NCBI RefSeq assembly: GCF_964355755.1
Contig: NC_092671.1
Span: forward strand, 2,232,001-2,296,000
DNA from: Antedon mediterranea
Taxonomy: Eukaryota; Animalia; Echinodermata
Direction: 5' to 3'
Length of the DNA: 64,000 nucleotides
Below the pieces are notes generated by a model. It searched no databases. It saw only the letters and a list, made by a program, of their open reading frames with translations, and was not told the DNA's origin. Of the stretch, positions 1 through 12,200 are shown piece after piece; position 1 is the stretch's first letter; each line of letters starts with the position of its first letter. A program made the translations under genes and the position numbers.

Positions 1-62
1 TCTGTGTATATTATCAAAAAAGTGTGATGTGCCCATATAAAGTTTGATAGCGTAGACAGAGC
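1..62. mobile_element. MITE family A, internally deleted copy
   Basis: Contains aagtgtgatgtgcccatat and the terminus aaagtttgatagcgtagacagagc shared with the other family A copies. Confidence 0.7.
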
Positions 63-1556
63 AACCCCTATGAATAAAAACGTCCTTATATTCTTTATTA
101 GTGGCTGCCATACGTTCCCAATTAATCACGAAGGCAATCCACTACATCAACTTTCTGTCTGTTCATAATAAATTCAAAAATAAATTGTTTTCATTTTCCA
201 ATTTAAATTACTCAAACATACTGATAGGAGTTGACATATTTATATCTAATAACAAACACTGCGATGTCTATATAGAATATGCTGAAGTATAAATTGAGCT
301 AGGTATTTGAAGATAAAAACCAAACGAAACTTTAGGCCCCAAGACCACAAGGGGAGTTCCCCCTGAAAGCGGTTCACCGGCTATCCAATCCTCCTCCCCC
401 ATATCAGTCAGAGCAGAGAGAGGGTTCACCACCCTGATTAGCCTAGAAACCTAGCGACGACGGTAACTGAATAAAAACAGCACTTGATAAAGCCCTTTTG
501 ATATCTTATACCGCATATATAATAATACAATATTTAAATCATGTTTATACCGGGGTTTATACTCACCAAAAACTCACAATAAACAAATTTGGTGAATGTT
601 AAAGCAGATATTCCACCTCTCCAGCAGTGCGGACTTGAGTTGTTCACCGCGCGGCAACAGGCTTAGTTCAGTACCACACCGTGCACTAAATAAAAGGAAA
701 GTGGGTGGAGCTGTGTACGTAAATTATATAGAGGGTGATATACTCATATGATACCTTATCACAGTTAATTTTCGAAAAATGTTTTCAAAATACGCACAGT
801 AAATTTTGTTGATAAGCAGTACCATAAAGATGCAAGAATTGACGTTTTTTTTTTATATATTAGCCTAATATTGCTATTTTTAAACAAAAACATGAATAAG
901 AATAATCAAATTACTAAAAATACACAAATTGAAAAAATAATCTCCAAATGATATGGATATTACTCACAACCGATATTATACGAATGATTTCAAGATTAGA
1001 TACTAAAAGAGTTGTTAATTTTATTTTCTCAAAAGAAAAAAAATGAATGAAAATCGAATGCCTGCTGATTTGGCTAAAGAAAACACGTCTTGGTCAGGTC
1101 TAATGTCGGTGAGTCAATTTCCTTTACATCCCCCCCCCCCCCACCCTTTCTAAAGGTTTCTAAAGGAGGGATACCATGGTAGTGAGTCGACACGAACAAA
1201 ATCATAAATTTTCCCTTAATAATAATTGATATAGGGGTAGAAGTGACCCACGGTCCCCTGACCAGAGAGGTGTTATATGCTTCGTCCAAAAAAGCGGTTA
1301 TCGGCCTACTTTAATAAATAATAGTCAATCACAGAGATATAATTGCACCCTCATGCGTTCGGATGATATGTGCGTCGTGTGAATGAACGCGTGCACTGTT
1401 CCGAATATAATACATTGAGAAGTCTGATTATCCCCTCTTTGTTGTACGCATCAATAAATATAAAACCCCCTTTAGTATTACTAACAATAGTGGTATTTGG
1501 CTGATAGCAAGTCAATAGGCCTCTTGCTGTTTATGTGTCTATAGCATTAGTTCAAT

Positions 1557-3728
1557 ATGGACGTATCAGCTCCATTCATCGCTAACTATTGGCAGTATAT
1601 TTTAACTGTATGTATTGGAATTATCATTGTTCAATTTATTCAAAGCTTCTAAAAAAATTCTTCAACAAATCGAAGTAGTGTCGACGATAATCGGAAGATA
1701 TTCGTCGATAACGACGACGATGAAGGCTGCGTTGACGATAACGGTAACCAGAGTGTTCCAACCGATGACGATTGTGAACATATACCTTATGGTATGGTTA
1801 GATACCCTACCGATGAAATGTTGACGAGATCTAGAAATTTCTACGAAGAAATGAATAAACGGAGATCTGTACGATTTTTCTCAGATGAACCTGTGGCACT
1901 TAATGTCATTGAAAATGTTCTCCTAACGGCAGGTAAGCTAGGCCTTGGAATATAATTTGGAATTTTGACGAGTTTTGATCAAAAAATGGGTAATATTGAG
2001 CATTAAAGCGTTATGTAAAAAGGAGACCTATTAGTATTAAAAACGTATTGTCCCCCTGAAAAAATAATTCTTACACATTTTTTTCTGTTTTAAATATGTC
2101 ATTTTAATGTCACCTAATATTTATCTAACACTTTGACCAAAAATTGGATCGAAAAAAAAAATGGATTTACCTAAAAGACTGTAAAGAAAAACATATTCAA
2201 ATTGGCGACCAGCCATGGGCTTTTGGTTGAATTTTTGTCATTTTATAAGTGAAAAGATGGTTTTTACCGCTTTTTGAATGAATGAATAATAATAATAGTA
2301 TTAGGCATAATTATCAAACTACCAAAATCCTAAACGTCTGGCAAAATGATAAGGAATAGAACGTATTGTTCATAGCCTATCAGCAATACTACATTTTAAA
2401 CATCTAACCTCTATTTTTTTAAAGAAACACCTTTTTCGGGACCCAACAAAGTGTCCACTGAATAGGTGTATCCTCTCTGAATAGGGATTGTTAAAAAATA
2501 TAATGCCCCTCACTTCTTTTCACAGTGTCCCTTAAGAGGGGGTGTCTCGAAAGAGGTTTTTTTTATATTTTGTATCAAAGGTGCCTTCCAATTTGTTGGC
2601 AAAAATAACTTAAATTGTAAATGGCGATTCCAGGCTTTCAACTACAAATGAGCCTTTGGAAAGTGGGGCTGTGTAGCTATGTTTTTTAGAGGGCCTTACT
2701 GGTCTAAATGATCTATAAACTGGATAGGGCCAACCACAATAAACATGGTATTAATAACTACATTTTGTATAGGAACCGCCCCTAGCGGAGCTCACACAGA
2801 ACCATGGTTCTTTGCCGTAGTCTCAAATCCAGAAGTTAAGTCCAGCATTCGAGAAATAGTTGAGGAAGAGGAACAAATCAACTATGCAAAACGGATGGGG
2901 CAGAAGTGGCTAGATGATCTTGAAGTTATAAAAACAACATGGAGAAAGCCATATATAGACACCGCACCTTACGTCATCGTGGTTTTCAAGCAGGTGAGTA
3001 GTTCTCATCCGTCATCACGAACGCCGTTTGCGTCGTCCTCAGTTGGCACCAAACGCGGTTAAACAAACAAGTTTACCTGCTCTACTAAGCGCATATAGCA
3101 CAAACGATTATTAATAACTGATTTACACCATAACGTATTTTTATTATTCATTGGCCATTGACAATGGCCATTGACCATGGCATTGACCATAGGCTCTATT
3201 TGATGCCATCGCATGCAACAGTAAATAATATATCATTGTCTCTTTAGGTTTACGGTTTAAAGAAAGACGGTACACGGATTGTTCACTATTACAATGAAAT
3301 GAGCTCGTCTATTTGTGTTGGATTCCTTCTAGCTGCGTTACAGGTAATGTACAAACAGTAAACTCTGCCGGTATTTCCAGATTCCGGGTTCGTCTTCCCG
3401 CGGCGACAGCGGCAGTTAAAGAACCAACAACTAGATTGTTGGGCAGTCAATTTACAAGTCTGAAACTAGGCCTACTTTCTGTATGTTGTAAATAAGATAC
3501 TATTTGAAAACAATAATGAACCAAGCATTTCTTATTTTCTTCCAGAATGCAGGACTTGCAACGGTAACTTCAACTCCAATGAACGCAGGTCCACGCCTCC
3601 GTCAACTTCTAGGTCGACCAGTCAACGAGAAAGCAATATTGTTACTACCCGTCGGCTTTCCTTCTAATGACGCTACTGTGCCGAATTTCCACCGAAAACC
3701 TTTGGAAGAACTCATGGTCACTATCTAG
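1557..3728 (+). CDS. IYD: Iodotyrosine deiodinase (FMN nitroreductase family), 4 exons, with an in-frame TAA at codon 32
   Basis: Exons 1557-1932, 2773-2993, 3248-3343 and 3546-3728 have GT-AG boundaries with matching phases (876 nt). Translation: [35 protein letters not shown]...HIPY...[19 protein letters not shown]...[15 protein letters not shown]...[13 protein letters not shown]...RMG..W..DL...[12 protein letters not shown]...[54 protein letters not shown]...VP...RKPL. These are diagnostic IYD motifs. TAA is at 1650-1652 and the next in-frame ATG is at 1794. Confidence 0.95.
2037..2180 (+). mobile_element. Dispersed repeat family C (possibly a Kolobok-like end)
   Basis: ttaaaaacgtattgtccccctgaaaa...cattttaatgtca...ttgaccaaaaattggatcgaaaaa. 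The reverse complement recurs at 22800-22933 and a degenerate copy at ~32128-32280. Confidence 0.6.
2405..2560. mobile_element. MITE family B (degenerate)
   Basis: aacctctat...acacc...gggacccaacaaagtgtccactgaatagg...agtgtcccttaagagggggtgtctc..aagaggtt. Confidence 0.65.
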
Positions 3729-4369
3729 TGGGCGGCGCGCCTCCTGGAATGCCGTCGACTCTCCTAAAAACACGTCGCATTGTGTCATCGATCGAATACG
3801 TGAGACAAGAACGAGTTCAGAATAATCTATTATTAATCTATCATTAATCGATAATTTATTTATTATTCGATTGGTTAATTCATTGTTGGTTGAATATTGC
3901 CCACGGTTTTTATTCAGTTTTAAGATTTAATAATAATAATAATACAATTAATTTTCACGATATCCACTGTAACCTACGGTTCGGTACTATGCGAGTCGTA
4001 CCCATTCATTTGTAGTCTATTAATAAGTCATTTAAATTAATTAAAACAATGCCCGTTATAGCTATGTACTTGTTTTTTGGATTCGCTTTGTATTTTAGAT
4101 AATTTTAGGTTTACAAAAAGGCATTGAAAACATTTTTAGGTCTCCTGCCAATTAGTGATGCACCGTACGTGCATTTGGTTCTTTATGTAATATTTCCAAT
4201 ACAAAATATATTGAACTTGTTTTTAAATGTAATTTCTTAAAATCGTCACGTGAGTATAGATATTTATACAGTCTGTGTGTCTACAAGCCGAAATAGATCA
4301 TGTAGGACTTTTCTTCTGTATTGTAGACAAAATACCATCCAAGACGTTTAAGTGAAAACTAAGTAAATT

Positions 4370-4560
4370 TCCTAGAGGGCGCTATTTAGATTAGGATTTG
4401 GGGACTTTGTTGCGTTGCGACGAGAAGATGCATTCGCGCGTAATCACGCGGGGCGCTTAAAAGGAACGTCATTTTTGGTTGGAAGAGTGTTGTTTACGTT
4501 CAAGAAAAACGACGACAAAGCATACATTTTGTGTTGAAACGTTTTAACGTAAGACTTAAA
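4370..4560 (+). promoter_or_regulatory. CpG-rich putative promoter/5' non-coding exon of AKIP1
   Basis: Local CpG enrichment (ttcgcgcgtaatcacgcgggg) and a CTAGAGGGCGCT motif at ~4372 lie upstream of a splice acceptor at 4963 that precedes the ATG. Confidence 0.45.
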
Positions 4561-4981
4561 AAGTGTAAGAATGATCAAACTACTAGGCCTAGACTTAAAT
4601 AATGACAAACCGAGCCAGAAGGGCCTTCCTTACAACTAAAACTAAATACAATTGACTAGATAGAGGCCTCCCTCTCTCTAAGCAGAATAGGCATGTCCGG
4701 TCCTAGCCTACTAAAAAGCACGGCCCGGAGTGCCCGCCGCCGAGGTTACTGAAAGAAGCACCCGAGTGGGCAGGCCTAGGCCTAGAAATGAACAGTTATA
4801 TATATATATATATATATCTTTAAAATAATTAGGCCTATGCTTAATGCTGTGTGGCAACGAATTTCTCTGACGTTAGCCTCTAAAGTTATTTAATATTTAA
4901 ATGTTTTCAATTTCATTAACTTTTTAATTTTAAGATGATTTTCATAAATTTTATTTTTTCCAGTGAGTGTGGTATTCTGTC

Positions 4982-7862
4982 ATGCCTGAGGATACAGAGG
5001 TAGGCATAGCATAACTTGTTTTTAATGCCATAAAGGCAGTATTAATACATTCTAATTAGTTAGCATCTCTAATAATAGGCCCCTAGATAGCCCCATCGAT
5101 GGATGGAGTAAGAAAAGCAGTTTCTGTTTGAGCTCATGCCTATTGTTGTAAAACGGCCGAGAGTGCGAAGCTACTACAATTATTACACAAGGCGTACTAG
5201 CTTACCTTTTAGGCGGGACTGGTCTCTTGCCCCCTGGTATGGTAGCCAGGATGTAGTATTATATACACAGAAGAGTACGAGTAGTCTACTCCGATGTGTG
5301 GCTGCTGGTAGTGATAAACACACAGGCCAGTCTAGGAGGACTAAACGTATCCCTTAATTCCGTTGCTGTGTGCGTATAGCTACCCGGTGAGCAGTCCCTT
5401 AGTACTAGCTAGGCTAGTGGGGTTGAGCTTGACCCCTTGTGGCTCGTACCTCGTAATAGTAGCAATGAGGCTTAAACTATATTATATATAGGCCTAGCCT
5501 ATAACCTATTCAATCACAGTGAATACCTGTTGTTCCACCAATATTACCGTAGAACTGGCTTATATACCGCCCAGTCTAGGCCGGGAAGCTTACACAGGAA
5601 ACCCCGCTGGCTATAGGCTAGTGTATATCTAACACCAGGGAACGTGCGTATGGCTCGATACAGCATAGTAGGCTTAGGCCTAGTCACGATTTACGTCCGT
5701 TCCGTCTAATGTCCTGCGTTCAAAGAGGCTGCTCCGGCACCGGTCAGTAACGCACGTGACCTCGGGTCACACCTTGGGTCGACCCATTATTATATAAGGG
5801 GGTTTTCACTACACTATTTATTACTTGCTCCTGGCAAGATGAAATGTAAATCGTACTTTTGCTGAATAAATATTATTATTATTATTATCATAAAACAGAC
5901 AGATCATATACGACAGAAGGTGCAAATGAAATTTGATAAATGATGAAATACTACTACAGTATACTGAACTTTATTAAAAAAAATGTTTATATACTTTTTT
6001 TTAGAATAGTTGGATGTCATGTACATTGTGCAGGGCTGGTAGGCAGGGAAGTAGCGTTCTCAACAGAGCTCAACAGCGACGTGTAGAGTGGCCAGCACAG
6101 GTGGAGTACACAAGACCTGATATTCAGGTATGCATGCGTTGTCTCTGTGCAGTATATTATCGTTATTAAAAACAGACTTGAGGATTTTAAAACAAGGAAC
6201 CTACCAGCCTGCTGAAATACGCTGATTCGGCACTCTTGTGTAAATGTAAAATGAATAAAACTCATAAATGTTCAACTCTCCCCAGCTGGGAAAATTTGTC
6301 AAAAAATTGTGATTAGTGGTAGCCATAACTGTTAATCAATCAGAATTTGTATGCATTTTTGACTGTACCATTTAAATCCATAGCATGGTGGTACTGTATT
6401 GTGTTGTATAATTTGGCTATGCTATTGTACAGTGGCAATTATATTCCCTGATCTGATCCTTACCATACGCTAGTTTTTGCTACATGATAACTCTCTCTGC
6501 TGTTTACTTTTGTCTGTACAGGATCCTCTCGTGTACACATCGTTAGACGAGGCGTTTAGCAGTATGTTACAGTTTATGTCAACGTCAACAAGGCAGTGCA
6601 AGGTATAACTCAGGTTTCATACATTTATTTCACAAATATACATATTACAGCACTTATTAAGTAGAGGGCACCTTTGAGACCAAACAAAGTGTCCCATTAA
6701 TAGTGCTGTTCCCTGAATAGACATTGACAACAGTGTTGAAATGTATATTTTGCCTTGTTCATATTATGGCAAAGTGTCCCCTCAATGGAATGGTTCTACT
6801 GTAGATTATATTATTATTAATGTTAAAAATTGATTTTATATTCATGATATAAGTGATTACTCCTTGCCTCCTTATTTCACATAAATTAAACTAAAGCTCT
6901 ATCTACACTATCAAACTAGTTTGACAAAAAGTGTGATGTGCTGAAATATGGTAGTGGTATGCCCAAATATGGTAGTGATATGACATCATCATGTCTATAT
7001 ATGGGCACATCACATTTTTTGTCACATAAAGTTTTATAGTGTAAACAGAGCTTTAAGAGATAAACAAGAGTGGTGAATAATATTAATTTCAATTCATATA
7101 CGGGTTTCTTTAAACTTTTTAGTATAAACAAATTATCTGTGTTTCTTTTTGCGTTGACAGAGATTTTATAGATGCGTCCCGTCAACAAGCAAGACAACAC
7201 ATGATCAGAGTCATTGCCGCCGTTTCCACTCGCATCGAATCGTTCCAATTCAGAAAACAAATCCGGTATGTAACTTATTATTTATTCAACAAATTAATTC
7301 AGAAATTTCTTTTTAACAAACCAACCATAATCAAAAACAGTTTTGTTGTTCTTTCAGAAGAAAAATGAAACTGTTATGGTAACTTTTACATCTTAAGGTT
7401 TTATTATGATTGGTTTGCTAAAAACAAATTTCTAAATTCATTTTAGTATTACAAACAAGATGAACATATTTTGTAATCGCATATTAATTGTTTACATTAA
7501 CTTACACATATGTCTGGTGTGGTTTCTGTCCAAATACATAGATGTATTTGCTATCACATGTCATGTCTTCTAACAATTAGACCACAACATTAAGGAGACA
7601 GACATATTCTAACTGAAATAAAATTTTATAAAATATGATAAAACAGCAACAAAAAAAACCCTCCCAAATTTGTTCCTAGCTGTGGGGAAGCTTTTAACAA
7701 AGATTCCATTTATTTCAGCTTCACAAAACAGAAGATGTCCACGTAGTGGTAGCCCCAGGGACTTATGCTGTGACTGCGGGGACGTGGGGTAAAGATCAGC
7801 AGACGACGCACGTTGTCCACGTTAATCAGGGTCAAAGTGTTGACCTTGATTTCAACATTTAG
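4982..7862 (+). CDS. AKIP1: A-kinase-interacting protein 1 (AKIP1/BCA3/C11orf17) homologue, 156 aa, 5 coding exons
   Basis: Exons 4982-4999, 6005-6127, 6522-6602, 7161-7265 and 7719-7862 are all phase-0 GT-AG. Protein: MPEDTE|NSWMSCTLCRAGRQGSSVLNRAQQRRVEW...|DPLVYTSLDEAFSSMLQFMSTSTRQCK|RFYRCVP...HCRRFHSH...|LHKTEDVHVVVAPGTYAVTAG...TTHVVHVNQGQSVDLDFNI*. It matches recalled human AKIP1 blocks (EVLERAKRRAVDW; TLSASFRTMAEFMDYTSSQC; IEVYPGTYSVTVG..THVVAVDSGQSVDLVF). The short first coding exon is the least certain. Confidence 0.88.
6648..6801. mobile_element. MITE family B (degenerate)
   Basis: gagaccaaacaaagtgtccc...ccctgaatag...aagtgtcccctcaatgg..ggttctactg|ta. Confidence 0.65.
6895..7052. mobile_element. 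MITE family A (PIF/Harbinger/Tourist-like, ~130-160 bp)
   Basis: TIR agctct(g/a)tctacactatcaaact...agtttgatagtgtagacagagct with TWA flanks and an internal palindromic tgtgatgtgccc...gggcacatcaca. Confidence 0.85.
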
Positions 7863-8559
7863 GAGGCAATTTCATCAAAGAGCATTTCTTTTGAGGGAGA
7901 AGTCTGGTTATGTATATAACCCTACAATTATGTTTCTTAATTTTGATATGAATTAGTTTGTATTATAGATTATGTTTGGTAATGGTAGTATGTAATATAT
8001 TGTTTTTAATTATGAGGTAATAAATTGTAATTTTTATAGGAATATTAATCATGATATTAATGTATTTAGTTTGTAAAAATGTGATTTGGTTTTTTTTTTC
8101 TGTAAACTAAAATATAAAATAATTGAAAGTATTGTTGTAAATTGTGTACAAAAACTATTGTAATATTTATTCTTGGTTGAAAGGATTGATTAAAATGTAA
8201 TACATTTAAAGAAATTTAGTAAAAAGATAATTTTTTTTAACAAGGTACTAATTCATTCAACATTTTACATGATATAAATTTGCGTCTCATGCGAGGAGTC
8301 TTCTGTCATGTTCAAGAGGGCTTAAGCATGTAGTGGTTTGCCTCAACTTCCATTTTTTACAGGAACAAGTTAATAATCATTTGGACATCACGATCAGGTG
8401 GTAGGCATACAGTAGCGGTATAGCCTGACCAAATGTCAAGTTCATTTGAAGCATAATAGCATACCTCTTTTGATCTCATTTCCAGTATAGATAGGCTCTA
8501 ACGTAGCAGTAAATTACTGAATCTAGTGTCCCGTATTGCATTCACGTTCCATAAACGGT

Positions 8560-9060
8560 AACATGATTTTTTTATCAGGTCTAACAAGGCCAGGCCTACG
8601 TTATGTTCGTACAGCACTTTCTCTCGTCTGCTAAATTAATAAAAAACGTGAGTTTGTTTGTTTTTGTCAAGGCGCCCTCACTAATATCAAATTATTGGAG
8701 GTGGCGGTTTTTGTAAACAAAACAGACTCTTTTCCATTTATCCGACTGTTTTACACGTTTTCTGGCTAAGTGATAGTGGTGAAATATTTAAATCCAGTAT
8801 AATTATCATCTTTATTAAGCATGTATCGTAATGTTTGATTCAATAAATATAGTTAATTTGAACTATTTTAGGGCATCTTAGGCTAGGCCTAATGCCCATG
8901 CACATGTGTATTCTTTTGGGCCGGGCCAGCAGTGAATGTGACTGTCATCAGTGTCGATGCTGTCTGTGCTGCTGGAGCCTACTCTATAGCTAGGCCTAGG
9001 CCCATTCTACTACTTATACTAGCTAGTACGTACGCCGAAGACTATCCAGCCTGGCTTATG
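8560..9060 (+). promoter_or_regulatory. Putative promoter/first intron of NUP37
   Basis: Region has GC/CpG enrichment, a GGCGCCCTC motif at ~8671 and TAGGCCTA copies. An acceptor cattag lies just before the ATG at 9221. Confidence 0.4.
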
Positions 9061-9220
9061 CCTATTATATTAGCTTTTTAATAGGCCGAAACTGAGTTTA
9101 ATAAACATAAATTAAAAGGTAAGATAAATAGGTCAACCAGATGATTGATAATAGATGAAATCAATCATCAGATTCGCCTGCTTCTTTTTAAAATTGATTG
9201 ATTTTCATTAGATTAGCAAT

Positions 9221-12200
9221 ATGGAACAAGAAAATTCTACCAAACAGTTGTCAATAGACTGCAAAGAACCAGTTACTTGTGTGGAGTTCTGTCCATTTGA
9301 GGCTTCGTCTCATCTCATTGCTATTGGGGGCAGTATGCGCATTCTCATCGGCACATGTGTATTTCCAGTGAGTAACGAACATTACTTCAATTAAACAAAT
9401 TTCAAATTCTAAAAATAGTTAATCCTTTTCTTGAGGTACTTTTTAAAATTAAAATAAATGATAACTAGAGGGTTCTCCGAGAACCTACTTTAAAATTAAA
9501 ATTATGAGCTATTTGTTTAATTCTTACAGGAAGAAGACAAAGATCTAGACAAATTTGAATTTCATCAAGTTAATGAATTCCATCATGGCTGTCGTGTAGA
9601 TGCCCTCTCATGGAGTCCAAGGACAAGTCTAGACTGTCTACCAAGATGCATAAGGTAAGTAGGTAATAATAGTAAATATTACATCAAATACAAACACATG
9701 TACCTCGCCTGCATAATGAGACAAGAACAGGTATAATATGCATAGTTAGTTGGTAATGCATGTTTTACATCGATGGATGAAAAATAAAACATTGTACACT
9801 TGTCTAAATAATGTCATGTTGTACTGAACCAATACAAAAATGCGTTTTGAAACACAATTGAATTCCCTACCTATATATATTAGACACAAATAATTTTTTT
9901 AATTCATTAGGTGAAGCCTTTATTTGTACCATTGTACTGTAAAAATATCAAATAGCCACCAATATATTTTTCAATTGATTTTCAGATTCTGTACAGCTGG
10001 GTCTGACTTCAGATTACGTTTATTTACATCTGATCTCAAAGAAGACAACACAGTTCAGGTAAAAACAAATATATATAACATCTTTATTTAGTTACCCAAC
10101 CAAATATATCAGTATGTTTATAAGTTTATACACTGTAAGTATTAAGATTAGTGTACCTGTACCATGCGAATCCAATGTTTTTATCTAACAGAAAAAAATC
10201 GTGCTACTCTCTTTCCACTACATGAGTGAAGAGTAGCTGCGACGTTCATGTTCTCCTCACATCACTGCTGAGCTTTTCGATTCGCATGAGTGCTCATGAA
10301 AGCATCATAGCTCATTTCCTGAGCTCTGATTGGTTGCGCAATACTGTATTTGCGCATAGCATGACGCTTTGGATTCGCGCGAACAGATTCGCCTAGTGGA
10401 AAATCGGCATTACATTGATTAAAGAAACAGGTTTTTCATGTCACAGGTTTTTGATGGGCATACAGATTATGTAAATGAAGTTAGCATAGAACCATTAGAG
10501 GGCGATCTGATAGCGAGTGTCTCCGATGATTACACATGTAGGACGTGGGATCAGTGTGGACAACAGAAGGCGCTATTCCCATTGAAATCTCAAGGCATGT
10601 CAGTCGCTTGGAATCCACGTGATCCAATGAAGGTTTGTTGGGTTTTTTTTTATAGATTATGTCGTTAATTATTTGTACAATATGATACATTTCAATAAAT
10701 TAATAATATAATAATATATATATAATAATAATTTCTGTGGACAGTGTCATTTGATTACAATGCACAATTAATATATTAATTATTAATGATTAATTAATGC
10801 ACTATTAATACATGTATCTATATTTTGTTTGATTTCTTTCAGCTTATGGTGGCTGAAAAGGGTGGAATTATTCGGTTCTATGACATGAGGCTTGAGGAAC
10901 CAATCATGACCCTCGATGCTGGACCTGGTATGTTGCTGTCTGCTGATTGGTCGTGGGAGGATGCTGCGTGTGTTGGGGCTGTCGTTAATGGTGATTGGAT
11001 GATTTGGGATACAACAGATTCAAGGTAGAAATACAAGTGTATGAAATCGAAAAAACAAAAGTTAATGTGTATTTAAATAATATACATGTAGAATCCTGAC
11101 AAAATACTAGGCACAAGGAATTGTAACAAATTCATTTGCGTGAATTGTTTTTATATAAATAAATAAATAAATTATATATTTAAAAAATTTTACCTCTTTC
11201 AGTCAAGCTATAGAGAGCCAACGAGCACATTCCGAGAAGGCGCGTTATATACGCTGGTGTCGTAGCAGTAACAGTTTGTTTGCGACCTTGGGTCAACCTA
11301 ATAATCAGATCAAGATAGTCCATTTAGATCATCATCAGGTGAATTTCATTTTTTAAAATTTGGAAACAAAAACACAATGTTTGATCACAGTTCTGTAATT
11401 CTTATGCTATTCTATTTTATATTAATAAAAGTTTGCGGTTTTTACCTTTTATGTCCCGAACACAAAAACAAATGTATACAGTTGCTAGGAAACAATAGCA
11501 CAGTCACTGACTTAAAACATAAGTGGTAATGAATGCTTACAAATGAAAAAAAGTTAATTTGCTTGTATATTTATCATTTTGCAGTTTATTGTCATGGTTA
11601 TTAGTATTAAAAAAATATCATCAGCAGATAATATTTATGTTAAAGTACTGTATATCCTCCGGTATAATCCCACTTTGTGTCTTCTACTTTATGTCTGATT
11701 TCACAAACAGGCATTATCCCTGGGTATAGTCCCAGTATTGACTTTTGGTCTGGATGTAGGCCTCTCTCTAGCCAGTTCAGATTGAGTTTTTACAAGAAAT
11801 GCTTACCAATCATTTTTGTGTTTTAGGGTGTGTGTGGGGGGGGGGGGGGGGGAGGTTGTTGGGGTGATTATACCAGAGTATATACAGTAATTCTACTAAA
11901 TCCTTTTTTCTCCTCTATGGGTTGTTTTCATCATAACTAAATATTTTAAATTTGTATTGATGTACTATGTTGGTAGAGAAGTTGGAAAGTCACCGGAAAA
12001 TGCTCTATCAAATACCTATTACAGTACTATTTGTAACCTATTAAGTTTGTCTTCTTAGCAGGTGCGATTCGTAGTGCATTTCAGATTTAATTTCCTTTTC
12101 ATACCTTTTTTAGAGTTTAATTTCTCAGTTATATAAAAATCAATTATCCCTTACTATTTGCGGCGTAATTATCTCTACTTGCCTCATTGCCGTAGGCTAG

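Noticed and set aside
1615-1824. 69-aa ORF in the track
   Set aside because: Wrong frame overlapping IYD exon 1. The real frame starts at 1557.
6916-7260. ORFs with [11 protein letters not shown] motifs (also 45086-45382 and 60074-60331)
   Set aside because: These are translations of MITE family A copies, not a protein family.
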